Positions 12,140 to 26,176 of a stretch of 64,000 nt of DNA are shown here, piece by piece (the stretch's first letter is position 1; each line of letters starts with the position of its first letter). Source of the DNA: Eledone cirrhosa (Eukaryota); the NCBI GenBank assembly GCA_964016885.1, contig CAXHJY010000262.1:76621-140620 (forward strand). The letters run 5' to 3'. The position numbers and the translations under genes are program-made. Under the pieces are notes generated by a model that saw only the letters and a list, made by a program, of their open reading frames with translations, did no database searches and was not told where the DNA came from.

Positions 12140-13020
12140 ATGTTGGTGCTGCTTTCTAATATTTCTGAGACAAGACACTGACAGCATTAGTTCAGGTGAT
12201 AGAGAGTCTCTCAATTACACAGCACAACAGGGAATGTTGGTGTTGGCCTCTAACATAACTGAGACAAGATACAGTATTAGTTCAGGTGATAGAGAGTCTC
12301 TCAATTACACATTACAACAGGGAATGTTGGTGTTGACCTCTAACATATCTGAGACAAGACACAGCATTAGTTCAGGTGATAGAGTGTCCCTCAATTACAC
12401 ACCACAACAGGGAATGTTGGTCTTGGCCTCTAACATAACTGAGACAAGACACAGAATTAGTTCAGGTGATAGAGAGTCTCTCAATTACACACCACAACAG
12501 GGAATGTTGGTGTTGGCCTCTAACATAACTGAGACAAGACACAGCATTAGTTCAGGTGATAGAGAGTTTCTCAATTACACACCACAACAGGGAATGTTGG
12601 TGTTGGCCTCTAACATAACTGAGACAAGACAGCATTAGTTCAGGTGATAGAGAGTCTCTCAATTACACACCACAACAGGGAATGTTGGTGTTGACCTCTA
12701 ACATATCTGAGACACTGACAGCATTAGTTCAGGTGATAGAGAGTCTCTCAATTACACACCACAACAGGGAATGTTGGTGTTGGCTTCTAACATATCTGAG
12801 ACAAGACACAGCATTAGTTCAGGTGATAGAGAGTCTCTCAATTACACACCACAACAAGGAATGTTGGTGTTGGCTTCTAACATATCTGAGACAAGACACA
12901 GCATTAGTTCAGGTGATAGAGTGTCCCTCAATTACACACCACAACAGGGAATGTTGGTGTTGGCCTCTAACATATCTGAGACAAGACACAGCATTAGTTC
13001 ACGTGATAGAGACAAGACAC
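12140..13020. repeat. Minisatellite, ~87-bp unit, ~10 copies
   Basis: ggaatgttggtgttggcctctaacataactgagacaagacacagcattagttcaggtgatagagagtctctcaattacacaccacaacag repeated; degenerate relatives at ~3200-3400. Confidence 0.95.
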
Positions 13021-13074
13021 ATGTTTGTTTGTGTGAACAATCAATGCGTGCGCATGTGGAGATATTTATATACA

Positions 13075-13278
13075 CCGTGTAGGTAACACGGTAAAAAGTT
13101 CCCAGTTCCACACTGTAAACGTGGTTGGTGTTAGGAAGGGCATCCAGCCGTAGAAAACCTGCCAGATAGTCCTATATGAGCGAGACACGGTCACCCGACC
13201 AACCTTGCCTCAAGTGGGACAACTCCCGTCTAACCCATGCTAGCGTGGAAGATGGACGTTAAACGAAGATGATGATGA
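13075..13278 (+). mobile_element. RTE LINE 3' UTR fragment with (GAT)n tail
   Basis: ggttggtgttaggaagggcatccagccgtagaaa...aacccatgctagcgtggaa...gatgatgat, as in the other RTE 3' ends. Confidence 0.85.
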
Positions 13279-13344
13279 TATATATATATATATATATATA
13301 TATGTGTATATATATATATATATGTCTGTATATATATATATATA

Positions 13345-13397
<53 letters not shown>

Positions 13398-13435
13398 ATA
13401 TATATATATATATATGTGTATATATATATATATAT

Positions 13436-15530
13436 ATCATCATCACCGTTTTACGTCCGTTCTTCCATGCTAGCATGGGTTAGACGGGTTGTCCTGTTGT
13501 GGGCAGTGTCTGGTCGGCTGACCATGCCTTGCTCATACAGGAACTGATCTGGCTTGATTTCTACAGCTGGATGCCCTTCCTAACACCAACCTCATTTACA
13601 GTGAGTGCTGGGTGCTTTTTCGTGGCGCCTACACGTCCACTTTACAGTGTGGGCTGGGTGCTTTTTTGCCGTGGCACCTCCACCACCACCTTGCGGTGGG
13701 GGGTCTGGGGGTATATTGTCTATATGCTTCAGCTTGTACCCATGGGAGGTTGGGTACTCTGTATTACTGCATGACGCCAGAAGTCACGGTCGTGTGTCAT
13801 TGTCTTTGAGAGGTGTAATTGGGTAAGGTCGGCTTTTATCACCTCATCCCAGGTCATCTTGGGTCTCCCCACTCCGCGGTTTCCATCAACTTCTAGTGCT
13901 CTGCACCTTTTTATGCAGCTGTCATCCTTCATACGCATCACATGTCCATACCAGCGCAACCGCCTGCCCTGCACACAGCATTTGATTCCTCTTATGCTCA
14001 GTCTCTCTCTCAATTCATTTATGCTTTGTCGTTCACGTATATTACTGTTACACATCCATCGGAGCATGCAGGCTTCATTTCTCTCTAATCTACGTAAGTC
14101 TTCCACCTTCAGCGCCCAGGTCTCACTACCATGCAACATCGCTGTTCGGATACACGCATCATACAGTCTGCCTTTCATTCTGAGGGAGAAGCCTTTTGCA
14201 GCTAGCAGTGGTAGTAGTTCCCTAAACTTCTTCCATCCCGTTCTTACCCTAGTTATTGTACTTTCTGAACACCTACCTCCGTTGCTAATTCGGTCACCTA
14301 GGTAGCAGAAGCTGTCTACTGTTTCTACAGGGCCCTCCCAGAGATTGGTGGTACTTGTTTCCTGTGGCTGTTTGCTGCTTGCTGTCTCAGCACAGCTGCT
14401 GCATGTGAATCCTACATTCTTAATTAAGCTTCCTGAGATCCCGCTACATCTCTTGTGTACCCATTGTTTGAATTTGGGGCAGAGAATGGAGTTCCTACCT
14501 ACACCTTTCCTACATACTGAGCAAGGCCATTTCCCTGAGGGGATCTGGGTTCTGTTTTCTCGTCTACTTACAAGGACCTTAGTCTTTGTGATGTTGACTT
14601 TGAGACCCTTTCTTTCTAGTCCCTGCTTCCAGGTTTGGAATTTATTCTCTAGTTCTACCATAGATTCAGCTATGAGTGCGAGGTCATCAGCATACAGGAG
14701 TTCCCATGGGCATCCGGTCCTAAACTCCTCCGTTATTGCCTGCAGGACTATGATGAACAGGAGAGGGCTAAGAACAGAGCCCTGGTGGACCCCAACCTGT
14801 ACGCTAAATTCCTCGCTATACTCATTGCTAATCCTAACTTTGCTGACTGCTCCCCTATACATGGCTTGTACCGCTTTCACAAGCCATTCATCTACTCCTA
14901 GTTTTCTAAGAGCCCACCAGATTACAGCACGTGGAACTCTGTCAAAGGCTTTCTCAAGGTCGACAAATGCCAAGTAGAGTGGCTTACTTTTAGCTAGGTA
15001 CTTTTCCTGTAATTGCCTCACAAGGAAGAGGGCATCAGTGGTGCCTCTTCCTGGTACAAACCCAAATTGCATCTCGTCTATTTTGACCCGGTCCCTAATC
15101 AGCTGTGCTATAACTCTTTCTGTTACTTTCATGACCTGGTCCATCAACTTTATACCTCTATAGTTTCCTCTATCTAGTGCATCGCCTTTACCTTTGTAGC
15201 AGTTGACAATGATGCTACTGCACCAATCTTTTGGTATGGCACCTTCTAGTATTACCTGGTTAACGATACGTGTGGTTATAGTGTGACCTACAGACCCAGA
15301 TGCCTTCAGCATCTCGGCAGCTATACCCGATGGACCGGTTGCCTTCCCCATCTTCATATCTTTGATTGCCTTACTTACTACGCTGCTGCTGACTTGTACT
15401 GCTGGTCCCTCTATAGGGTCTACTTGGGGCAGGGTCTCTTCTTCCCATGCTTTCTCCTCATTTAGTAATCTATCATAATGACTCTTCCATGCATCTTTCT
15501 TCTCAGCACTTGTGAGGGCAAGCTCACCTT

Positions 15531-15532
<2 letters not shown>
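13436..15532 (-). mobile_element. 5'-truncated RTE LINE (subfamily A): open RT plus PHD-like finger, 3' UTR and tail
   Basis: ORF 13729-15357 with [24 protein letters not shown]; (GAT)n tail at 13436. Confidence 0.95.
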
Positions 15533-15602
<70 letters not shown>

Positions 15603-15787
15603 TAGATATATGTGTATATATATATATATAGAGAGAGATATATATGTGTATATATATATATATATATATGTGTGTAATATATATATATATATATATGTAT
15701 ATATATGTAGGAGGTGAGTTTTATTATGTTGATTTAAAACTGCACTATCAACAAGTGTTTTTTTAGCCTTCATATCATGTTCTCCTG

Positions 15788-15854
15788 TTTTATCTGATGA
15801 AAACACAAATATTATTGCTTGATGATGTTTGTTTTTGAAATGCGCATAATAAAA
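15788..15854 (+). ncRNA. Type I minimal hammerhead ribozyme (canonical core)
   Basis: Stem I ttttat/ataaaa; CTGATGA; long stem II aaacacaaatattatt/gatgatgtttgttttt; GAAA; palindromic stem III atgcgcat; AUA cleavage triplet. Confidence 0.88.
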
Positions 15855-16091
15855 TATATGGAACTCCTTTAACCATCTTTTGATCTTATATTATGTATAT
15901 ATATATATATATGTGTGTATATATATATATGTGTATATATATATATATGTGTATATATATATATATGTGTATATATATATGTATATATGTATATATATGT
16001 ATATATGTATATATATATGTATATATGTATATATATATGTATATATGTATATATATATGTATATATATATGTATATATATATATGTATATA

Positions 16092-16136
<45 letters not shown>

Positions 16137-16179
16137 GTATATATGTATATATGTATATATATATGTATATATGTATATA

Positions 16180-16212
<33 letters not shown>

Positions 16213-16239
16213 ATATATATGTATATATGTATATATATA

Positions 16240-16272
<33 letters not shown>

Positions 16273-16321
16273 ATATATATGTATATATGTATATATATAT
16301 GTATATATGTATATATATATG

Positions 16322-16354
<33 letters not shown>

Positions 16355-16367
16355 GTATATATATATG

Positions 16368-16400
<33 letters not shown>

Positions 16401-16404
16401 ATGT

Positions 16405-17615
16405 ATAAGAAAATAAGGCGCCGGTCCCCTCCGGGAAATGGCCATGCTCAGTGTGTAGGAAAGGCGTAGGTAGAAACTCCATTTTATGTCCCAAATGCAA
16501 AGTATGGGTGCATAAAAGATGTAGTGGGATCACAGGTAAGCTAACTAAGAACACAGATTTTACATGTGGCCGGTGCTCTGGTGCAATAAGTAGCAGCAAG
16601 TGCCCACAAAATACTAACTCTTTCAATTGCGCAGAGGGTTCTATAGAAATAGTGGACAGCTTCCATTACCTGGGCGACAAAATCAGCAGTGGGGGAGGGT
16701 GCTCTGAAAGTACAGTAGCTAGAGTCAGATCTGGATGGAAAAAGTTCAGAGAGCTTATACCACTATTAGCCGCTAAAGGGTTCTCCCTAAAAATGAAAGG
16801 CAGGTTGTATGATGCCTGCATACGAACAGCAATGTTGCATAGCAGTGAGACCTGGGCATTGTGTGCAGAGGATATACGCAGACTAGAGAGGAACGAAGCT
16901 TGCATGCTCCGCTGGATGTGTAATAGTAATATACGTGAACGGCAAAGCATAAACGAACTAAGGAAAAAATTAGAAATAAGAGGGATCAGATGTTGTTTAC
17001 TCGAGAGCAGGCTACGTTGGTATGGTCACATGATGCGCATGAAAGACAACAGCTGTATAACAAAGTGCAGGGCAATAAAGATAGATGGTAGCCACGGAGT
17101 AGGCAGACCCAGGAAAACCTGGGAGGAGCTGATAAATTCCGATCTCACACACTTACACCTCTCCAAGACAATGTCACTGGACCAAGACCTTTGGCAGTAC
17201 TCAGTAACAGAGAAGACCCGCCTTACCTAAATACAAAGTAAAACCTACTAGTCAGTAGGCATCTCTAACAAAATACACCCCCGTCCCACCCCATCCACAC
17301 CGCCCCTTTCAATGCAAAGTTATGTTGGTGCCACAACATCCAGGCCGAAACAGACGAGATCGTGTAGGTGTCACGACAAACAAACACACAGTCCACGCTG
17401 TAATGTGGCCGTGTAGGCAACACGGTAAAAACCTCCCAGCCCCACACTGTAAATGTGGTTGGTGTTAGGAAGGGCATCCAGCTGTAGAAAACCCGCCAGA
17501 CAGTCCTATGCGAGCAAGACAACCACTCTTGCCTCAAGTGGGAAAACCCCCGTCCAAACCCATGCAAGCGTGGAACAGGGACGTTAAACGATGATGATGA
17601 TGATGATGATGATGA
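16405..17615 (+). mobile_element. 5'-truncated RTE LINE (subfamily B)
   Basis: ORF 16451-17230 near-identical to the C-terminus of ORF 19643-21610; (GAT)n tail. Confidence 0.95.
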
Positions 17616-17619
17616 TATA

Positions 17620-17668
<49 letters not shown>

Positions 17669-17738
17669 GTATATATATATGTATATGTATATATATATGT
17701 ATATATATATGTATATGTATATATATATTATGTATATG

Positions 17739-17781
<43 letters not shown>

Positions 17782-17816
17782 GTATATGTAAATATATATG
17801 TATATGTATATATATG

Positions 17817-17847
<31 letters not shown>

Positions 17848-17869
17848 GTGTATATATATATATATATGT

Positions 17870-20800
17870 AAACCTATTCTTCTCGCTTTTAAATATATTT
17901 GTTATTATTTCAAACTCTTAATTCCCGCTCCTTAATATCTTCTCCCCCTCCACCACACTCTACAACATGCGGTCAAATCACCCCCCCCCCCCTCTCTCTA
18001 CCCATATACATATATAAGACAAAGTAATTCGCTTTCGCCAAATCGGTGGCTGAATTTCATTCATGGTATAATGTAATGTACTCATTTTTCTACCTTTTCT
18101 AACATCCGCTTAATTCCATAGTCCTTCCAATAGCATTTTTTCTATCCTCTTTCCAATTCTTGTTTCACTAGCCATCCATCCTATTCCTCCTGTATTTTCC
18201 AAAACAAATCTCTTGTATTTTTGTCATGCTTGTAAAATACGGAAGTTTTTGGCGTATTTTACTAAACAAATCTTGTATTTTTGTTTACGTTCGTTAAATA
18301 CGGGGATCTCACTTAAACCTATTCTTCTCGCTGACAACTCAACACCCCTCCCTCCCCCACGCACCACCCCTCCCTCCTTCCCGCCCCCACACACCACCAT
18401 TATTATTACGTGGACCAATCATAAGCCAGAGGCCTATACTATCGCTTACCTGGTCGCCTTCGATATGTAGGATGGAAGGACTACGGAGTTCCGGAGAGTT
18501 GAAGAGAGAAAAATCTGGACGCTCAGCGGCAATGCCAAAGTTAAAGACAAACACACCTCGTGGACGAGAATGCGAGCATGCCTCTTTGTTTCGGCCGCGG
18601 ATGGCTAACATAACCCCATCTCCCCCCGCTCCCCACCTTTCCCACCCCCCAAACGCAATCCAAAACTTCAGATTTGGTACCTTGAATGTAGGCACCTTAA
18701 AGGGTCGCTCAAACGAGGTTGTAGAAATGCTTGAACGTAAGGAGGTCGATGTTTGTTGTATTCAAGAGACCAGGTGGAGGGGTGGATCTGCTAGATTCAT
18801 TGTGGGTAGAAAACGATGCTATAAGCTTTTCTGGGTGGGAAACGACAATGGGTTGGGTGGAGTAGGAATCATGGTAGCAGAAAAGTGGGCAGATAAGATA
18901 ATAGACGTAAATAGAGTGAACGACAGAATAATTAAAATAAGACTTGTCCTCAATAGAACTACGGTGACAGTAATATCCGCGTACGCACCCCAATCCGGAC
19001 TGCCCAGCACTATAAAAGACAGATTCTATGAGACACTGATGCTCACTACCTCCCAAATAACCGACAGTGACTACATAATTATTGCAGGCGACCTAAACGG
19101 TCACGTTGGACAACATTGGGACGGCTACGACGAAATCCATGGAGGCTATGGGTTTGGTACTAGAAATGAGGAAGGCTCCAGAATCGTGGAATTCTGCGAC
19201 GCAAATAACCTAACTATCTGCAACACTAACTTCAAAAAACGAGACAATCACTTGATCACCTACAGATCAGGGGAACATACCAGCCAGGTAGATTATATCC
19301 TTACCAGAAGACGTGACAAAGTGACTGTCGTAAACACTAAATCCCTCCCCCATGAAGAATGCACCTCCCAACATAGACTGATAATTAGCGACCTAATAGT
19401 CAGGACGAGACGTACTAGACATCAGAAGAGGACTATCCTCAGGAGAAAAATATGGAAGCTAAAGGACCCCACAGCCAAAAATAAATTCCAAAGCATATTA
19501 CTTGATGCTTTCGACAGTAAGGAAGAGCAATTAGAGACGTACAAGGTAGAGGAACAGTGGGAATTCCTGAAAGGGGTCAATTAAGGCCAAAAAGCAGACT
19601 TGGAAAGTATGGCGGGATGGGGGAAGCAGAGAAGACTATCAAGTGGCCAGGAGGGAAGCTAGGAGACAAGTGTACTTCGCAAGAAGGGAAGCAGAGGAAA
19701 GAAAGTTCAAGCATGTTCTACAACGTGAGGACCAAAAACGTGAGGTGTTCAGGATTGCTAGGCAATGTGTCAAGGAAAACAGTGATATTGTCGGGGAGAA
19801 GTGTGTACTTAACGATGACGGCGTACTTGCCATCACCGACGCCGATAAGAAGGTAGCTTGGAAGTGTCACTATGAAAGGCTACTAAATGAGGAGAATAAA
19901 TGGGAGAAAGACAGTCTCCCCCACATGGACCCAATAGAGGGACCAGCAGTGTTAGTCGAGGGTAGTATAATAAGTAAGGCAATCAAAGATATGAAGACGG
20001 GCAAGGCGGCTGGGCCTTCGGAAATAGTTGCCGAGATGCTGAAGGCATCCGGTACGGTGGGACACACCATGGTCACCCGGATAGTCAACCAAGTCATACA
20101 GAATGGGGTTGTTCCGAAGGACTGGCGTAGCAGCATCATCGTTAACTGTTATAAGGGTAAAGGAGATGTCCTAGATAGGAGTAACTATAGAGGCATTAAA
20201 TTAATCGACCAGGTCATGAAGGTCACGGAAAAAGTAATAGCGCAACTAATCAGAGAGCGAATTGATCTAGATGAAATGCAGTTCGGGTTTGTGTCAGGAA
20301 AAAGTACCACAGACGCTCTTTTCATTGTACGACAACTACAGGAGAAGTACCTAGCTAAAAGTAAACCCCTATACTTAGCTTTTGTTGACTTGGAGAAGGC
20401 CTTCGACAGAGTCCCCCGTTCCATTATCTGGTGGGCTCTTAGAAAACTAGGTGTTGATGAATGGCTTGTGAGAGCTACACAAGCCATGTATAAAGAAACA
20501 GTCAGCAAGGTTAGAATTAACAACGAATATAGTGAAGAGTTTAGTGTAAAAGATGGTGTTCATCAGGGCTCTGTTCTTAGCCCCCTACTATTTATTATTG
20601 CCCTCCAGGCTATAACAGTGGAGTTCAAGACCGGCTGCCCATGGGAACTCCTATACGCAGATGATCTAACGCTCATAGCTGAATCAATGGCCGAGCTAGA
20701 GAAGAAATTCCAAACATGGAATCACGGCCTAGAATCAAAAGGCCTTAAAATTAACCTGGCTAAGACTAAAGTTCTAGTTTGTAAGAAAGAAAATAAGGCG

Positions 20801-21969
20801 GCGGTCCCCTCCGGGAAGTGGCCATGCGCAGAGTGTGGGAAAGGCGTAGGTAGAAATTCCATTTTGTGTCCCAAATGCAAAGTGTGGGTGCATAAAAGAT
20901 GTAGTGGGATCACAGGTAAGCTAACTAAGAACATAGATTTTACATGTGGCCAGTGTTCTGGGGCAATAAGTAGCAGCAAGTGCCCACAAAATACTAGCTC
21001 TTTCAACTGCGCAGAGGGTTCTATAGAAATAGTGGACAGCTTCCATTACCTGGGTGACAAAATCAGCAGTGGGGGAGGGTGCTCTGAAAGTACAGTAGCT
21101 AGAGTCAGAACTGGGTGGAAAAAGTTCAGAGAGCTTATACCACTATTAGCCGCTAAAGGGTTCTCCCTAAAAATGAAAGGCAGGTTGTACGATGCCTGCA
21201 TACGAACAGCAATGTTGCATGGTAGTGAGACCTGGGCATTGTGTGCAGAGGATATACGCAGACTAGAGAGAAACGAAGCTTGCATGCTCCGCTGGATGTG
21301 TAATAGTAATATACGTGAACGACAAAGCATAAACGAACTAAGGAAAAAATTAGAAATAAGAGGGATCAGATGTTGTTTACTAGAGAGAAGGCTTCGTTGG
21401 TATGGTCACGTGATGCGCATGAAGGACGATAGCTGTATAACAAAGTGTAGGGCAATAAAGATAGACGGTAGCCACGGAATAGGCAGACCCAGAAAAACCT
21501 GGGACGAGCTGATAAACTCCGACCTCACACACTTACACCTCACCAAGACAATGTCACTGGACCGAGACCTTTGGCGGTACTCAGTAATAGAGAAGACCCG
21601 CCTTACCTAAATACAAAGTAAAACCTACTACAGTCAGTAGGCATCTCTAACAAAATACACCCCCACCCCATCCACACCGCCCCCCTTCTATGTAAAGTTA
21701 TGTTGGTGCCACACCATCCAGGCCGAAACAAATGAGATCGTGTAGGTGTCACGACAAAAAAACACACAGTCCACGCTGTAATGTGGCCGTGTAGGTAACA
21801 CGGTAAAAACCTCCCAGACCCACACTGTAAATGTGGTTGGTGTTAGGAAGGGCATCCAACTGTAGAAAACCTGCCAGACAGTCCTATGCGAGCAAGACAA
21901 TCACTCTTGCCTCAAGTGGGAAAACCCCCGTCCAAACCCATGCAAGCGTGGAACACGGACGTTAAACGT

Positions 21970-22001
<32 letters not shown>

Positions 22002-22005
22002 TTGA
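17870..22005 (+). mobile_element. Near full-length RTE LINE (APE + RT + PHD finger) with one internal deletion and frameshift near 19575
   Basis: ORF 18472-19584 is an APE endonuclease (TLNVGTL, IQETRW, SAYAP, GDLNGHVG, QVDYIL, SQHRL); ORF 19643-21610 is the RT; a segment present at 39397-39490 and 58725-58825 is missing; 5' boundary uncertain. Confidence 0.95.
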
Positions 22006-22063
22006 TGTATATATATATATATATGTATATATATGTATATATATATATATATGTATATGTATA

Positions 22064-22118
<55 letters not shown>

Positions 22119-22191
22119 TAAATATACATATATGTATATATATACATATATATACATATATATATATATACACATATATATATATATATAC

Positions 22192-22262
<71 letters not shown>

Positions 22263-22263
22263 C

Positions 22264-22294
<31 letters not shown>

Positions 22295-22399
22295 CATATA
22301 TATACATATATATATATACATATATATATATACTTATTCATATATATACATATCTATATATATACATATATATATACATATCTAATTATATATACATAT

Positions 22400-23082
22400 A
22401 TTATATTATATTTAGAGTTATAAACTTAAACAGTCCTTTACAATTAATTAGCTCAAGGAAAGAAGCATTTCTGAGCCGTGAAATACAAGTAATATAAATT
22501 AATATATGATAAACACATAAGTGTTTGTATTGTAAATGACCAAGACGGCTCAGAAATGCTTCTTTCTTTGAGCTAATTAATTGTAAAGGACTGTTTGAGT
22601 TTATAACTCTAAATATAATATAATATTACGGCTCCTTTTGTTGAGCTAAATTTTAGTCCCGTATAAACGGCTGTTATTTCTAGCACCATGAGTATGAGGA
22701 TAGCTAGTGAGCTGGAAAACCACGTGCATTTGCGCTTGTACACCAGACCTCCAAAAATATTTCGAGGGCAAACATCCTAATTTTTCTGGATACCTGTTGA
22801 TGAACACAGAAAATGGAATCTTTCACTTTTTTTATACTATCGTTGTGAAACTTATTTGGGTTTTGAAATTCAAATTTGTCTGCGGAACAGGTTTGGATTT
22901 TGAAATTTAAATTTGTCCAGGTATCACGGTTATTGCCAATATGGGTTTGTTTTGATTGATTTATTATTTTAAATCGAGACAGGCAAATTATATTTATTTG
23001 AATTAGTTTATTTCATTCTAGCTAACTTGGTCATTTAGAATACAAACACTTATGCGTTTATCATATATTAATTTATATTACC
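22400..23082. mobile_element. Non-coding element with an inverted, permuted terminal copy (Penelope-like architecture)
   Basis: 22400-22478 is the reverse complement of 22545-22625; ~22490-22544 is the reverse complement of ~23027-23080; homologous to 59724-60547. Confidence 0.65.
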
Positions 23083-23343
23083 TGTATATATACATATATA
23101 TACATATCTATATCTATAGATATATATACATATCTATATCTATATCTATATATACATATATATACAATCAGTGATGAGGGACTTATTTTATTACATGTTA
23201 TCCATGTGCTACCAGCAGTATTTTTCTCGCCATTTTATCACATATACATATATATACATATCTATATCCATACATATATATACATATATATATATACATA
23301 TATATATACATATATATATATATATACATATATATACATATAC

Positions 23344-23374
<31 letters not shown>

Positions 23375-23473
23375 TACATATCTACATATATATACATATA
23401 ACTATACATTTATATACATACATATATATATACATATATATACATATATATATATATATATACATATATATAC

Positions 23474-23520
<47 letters not shown>

Positions 23521-23603
23521 CATATATATACATATATATAGATATATATCTATATATATATACATATATATATATATATACATATATATACATATACATA
23601 TAC

Positions 23604-23638
<35 letters not shown>

Positions 23639-23655
23639 CATATATATACATATAC

Positions 23656-23686
<31 letters not shown>

Positions 23687-23800
23687 CGTATATATACATA
23701 TATACATATCTACATATATATACATATACATTATGAAGAGAGAAGAAACATTTAGATATAATTAGTAATAAAATGTATCATACCTAAACTGTTCCTAAAT

Positions 23801-23888
23801 TCCTCGACTACGTAGTTTCGTGGCATAAACAAAAACAATATATCAAAGATATAGAGTCCTTGCGAGGTCTGCCGACTTATCAAGAGGA
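23801..23888 (-). ncRNA. Type I hammerhead ribozyme, U3-A8 variant (inverted copy)
   Basis: Reverse complement of 24565-24652. Confidence 0.8.
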
Positions 23889-24564
23889 TACCTCATTTTA
23901 CTAGTCTCAAGAACGCGTCTACACGACGTGAGAAAGAATCCCAAAAGGCGGAGGGGGAGATAGTCACGCGATATAACGGTCGAGAAACAGAGCTAAGCCT
24001 CTTATAACCACGAAGGCGGAGGGGGTATTCATATCGAGGCCGTAGAATGTTGCTCAATGAATGACTGGGACAGACCAATTCAGTTTGAACTAGACTGAAC
24101 CAGTATCAGAGTTAAAAATACATTATGAAGAGAGAAGAAACATTTAGATATAATTAGTAATAAAATGTATCATACCTAAACTGTCCCAGTCATTCATTGA
24201 GCAACATCGGTGAAGTTGGCACCCTTAACTCACAGTTGGGTGCGGATGCGTTCATGTATATATGTGTGCGTCCGCATGTATCTGTGTGTTTCTAAATATA
24301 TTAATAACTCCCTCTGGTCGAGCAATCTTTGAGGTGTGGGGACAACTGGAAAGCTTCCATTACTCATACTTCTCGCCTTCTTCACTACCTCTTCTACGGC
24401 CTCTATATGAATACCCCCTCCGCCTCCGTGGTATTTTCTTCGTGGTTATAAGAGGCTTAGCTCTGTTTCTCGACCGTTATATCGCGTGACTATCTCCCCC
24501 TCCGCCTTTTGGGATTCTTTCTCACGTCGTGTAGATGCGTTCTTGAGACTAGTAAAATGAGGTA

Positions 24565-24652
24565 TCCTCTTGATAAGTCGGCAGACCTCGCAAGGACTCT
24601 ATATCTTTGATATATTGTTTTTGTTTATGCCACGAAACTACGTAGTCGAGGA
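24565..24652 (+). ncRNA. Type I hammerhead ribozyme, U3-A8 variant
   Basis: tcctc / TTGATAA / gtcggca..tgccac / GAAA / palindromic actacgtagt / C (GUC) / gagga. Confidence 0.82.
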
Positions 24653-24886
24653 ATTTAGGAACAGTTTAGGTATGATACATTTTATTACTAATTATATCTA
24701 AATGTTTCTTCTCTCTTCATAATGTATTTTTAACTCTGATACTGGTTCAGTCTAGTTCAAACTGAATTGGTCTGTCCCAGTCATTCATTGAGCAACATCG
24801 GTGAAGTTGGCACCCTTAACTCACAGTTGGGTGCGGATGCGTTCATGTATATATGTGTGCGTCCGCATGTATCTGTGTGTTTCTAA

Positions 24887-24931
<45 letters not shown>

Positions 24932-26128
24932 TTTATACATTTATATATATACATATATTTATACATTTATATACATATATATATACATATATATATATAT
25001 ACATATATTTACATATCTACATATATATATATACATATATATCTGTTTGTATGTGTGCATGTATATAATTATCACTATTATTAAAGACCAGAGACCAATT
25101 CTGTAGAATCAGGTTTATTCGTTGACAGACCATGCCTTTGTGTGACCAACACATCCATGTTAAACCCTGCACGTGCACACACATATATCTATATATATAT
25201 GCGCACACAGAATTCACCACTGTCGGTTGCGGGGCCCAATCTACATGAAGAACTCAATGTGATCAGAATGACTTGTATTTTAATTTCACTGCCCTAACTT
25301 CTTATGTTATGAAAACAATATATGTGTATGTATGTATGTATATATATATATATTTGGAGGCCATTTCTCTGTGTGTGGGTGTATATATGTGTGTGTGTGT
25401 GTGTGTGTGTGCATGTGGATGTATGTATTGTGTGTGCGTGTGTGTGTGTGTATATATATATATATGTGTGTGTGTGTGTTTGTATGTGTGTATGTATATA
25501 TATGTGTGTGTGTATGTATGTGTGGGTGTGTGTGTATATATATATGTGTATGTATATGTGTGTATATATATGTATGTACACACATATATATATATATGTG
25601 TGTGTGTATGTATGTGTGTATCTGGATGTATGTGTATGTATATATATGTGTGTGTGTATATATATATATATGTGTGTGTATGTGCATATATGTGTGTGTG
25701 TATGTGTGTATGTATATGTATGTGTGTGTGTATGTATGTGTGTATATATATATATATATATGTGTGTATGTATATGTATATGTATGTATGTGTGGATGAA
25801 GGTATGTGTGTATATATAGGTGTAAGTGCACTAAATCCCTTTCTATCAATCTCCCCTCTCCTACCGAGCACAGGAAGATATATGTATGTATATTGCTTCC
25901 ACCCCCACCCCCCCTAACTGACCAGCAGCTGGCCATCTGGCCATTGCTAAATTTGACCTTTATAAAATAACCCACACCCCCAAATAACTTCTCATTCACT
26001 ACCAGAAGCAGTCAACGAGCTGCTACCAAGATGAAAACTACTATGAAATCCCACAATGAATTTTATACTTGAATTTTCAAATCTCAAATTTTAACTCTTC
26101 TTATTATTAATTTTTCTTAATATTAATC

Positions 26129-26176
26129 AACATTTGAAAAGATGGCTTTTGCAGACCCATCGAAACCAGTCATTTT
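26129..26176 (+). ncRNA. Type I minimal hammerhead ribozyme, U3-A8 variant
   Basis: aacat / TTGAAAA / gatgg..ccatc / GAAA / accagt C (GUC) / atttt; one mismatch in stem I. Confidence 0.65.

Larger units (their letters stand above)
23727..24891 (+). mobile_element. Hammerhead-bearing non-autonomous element: 591-bp unit with ~120-bp direct terminal repeat, preceded by a rearranged inverted copy
   Basis: Direct repeat 24181-24300 = 24772-24891; 23727-24183 is made of reverse-complement pieces of 24392-24798. Confidence 0.85.

Noticed and set aside
12234-13086. Repeat ORFs and a superficially CRISPR-like periodicity (also 36975-37972 and 55-640)
   Set aside because: Whole units repeat without unique spacers, there are no cas genes, and the context is eukaryotic; these are minisatellites
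22795-22822. ttgatga acaca gaaa (and ccgaaga tcaca gaaa at ~60132) as a hammerhead core
   Set aside because: No stem II, stem III or stem I can be formed
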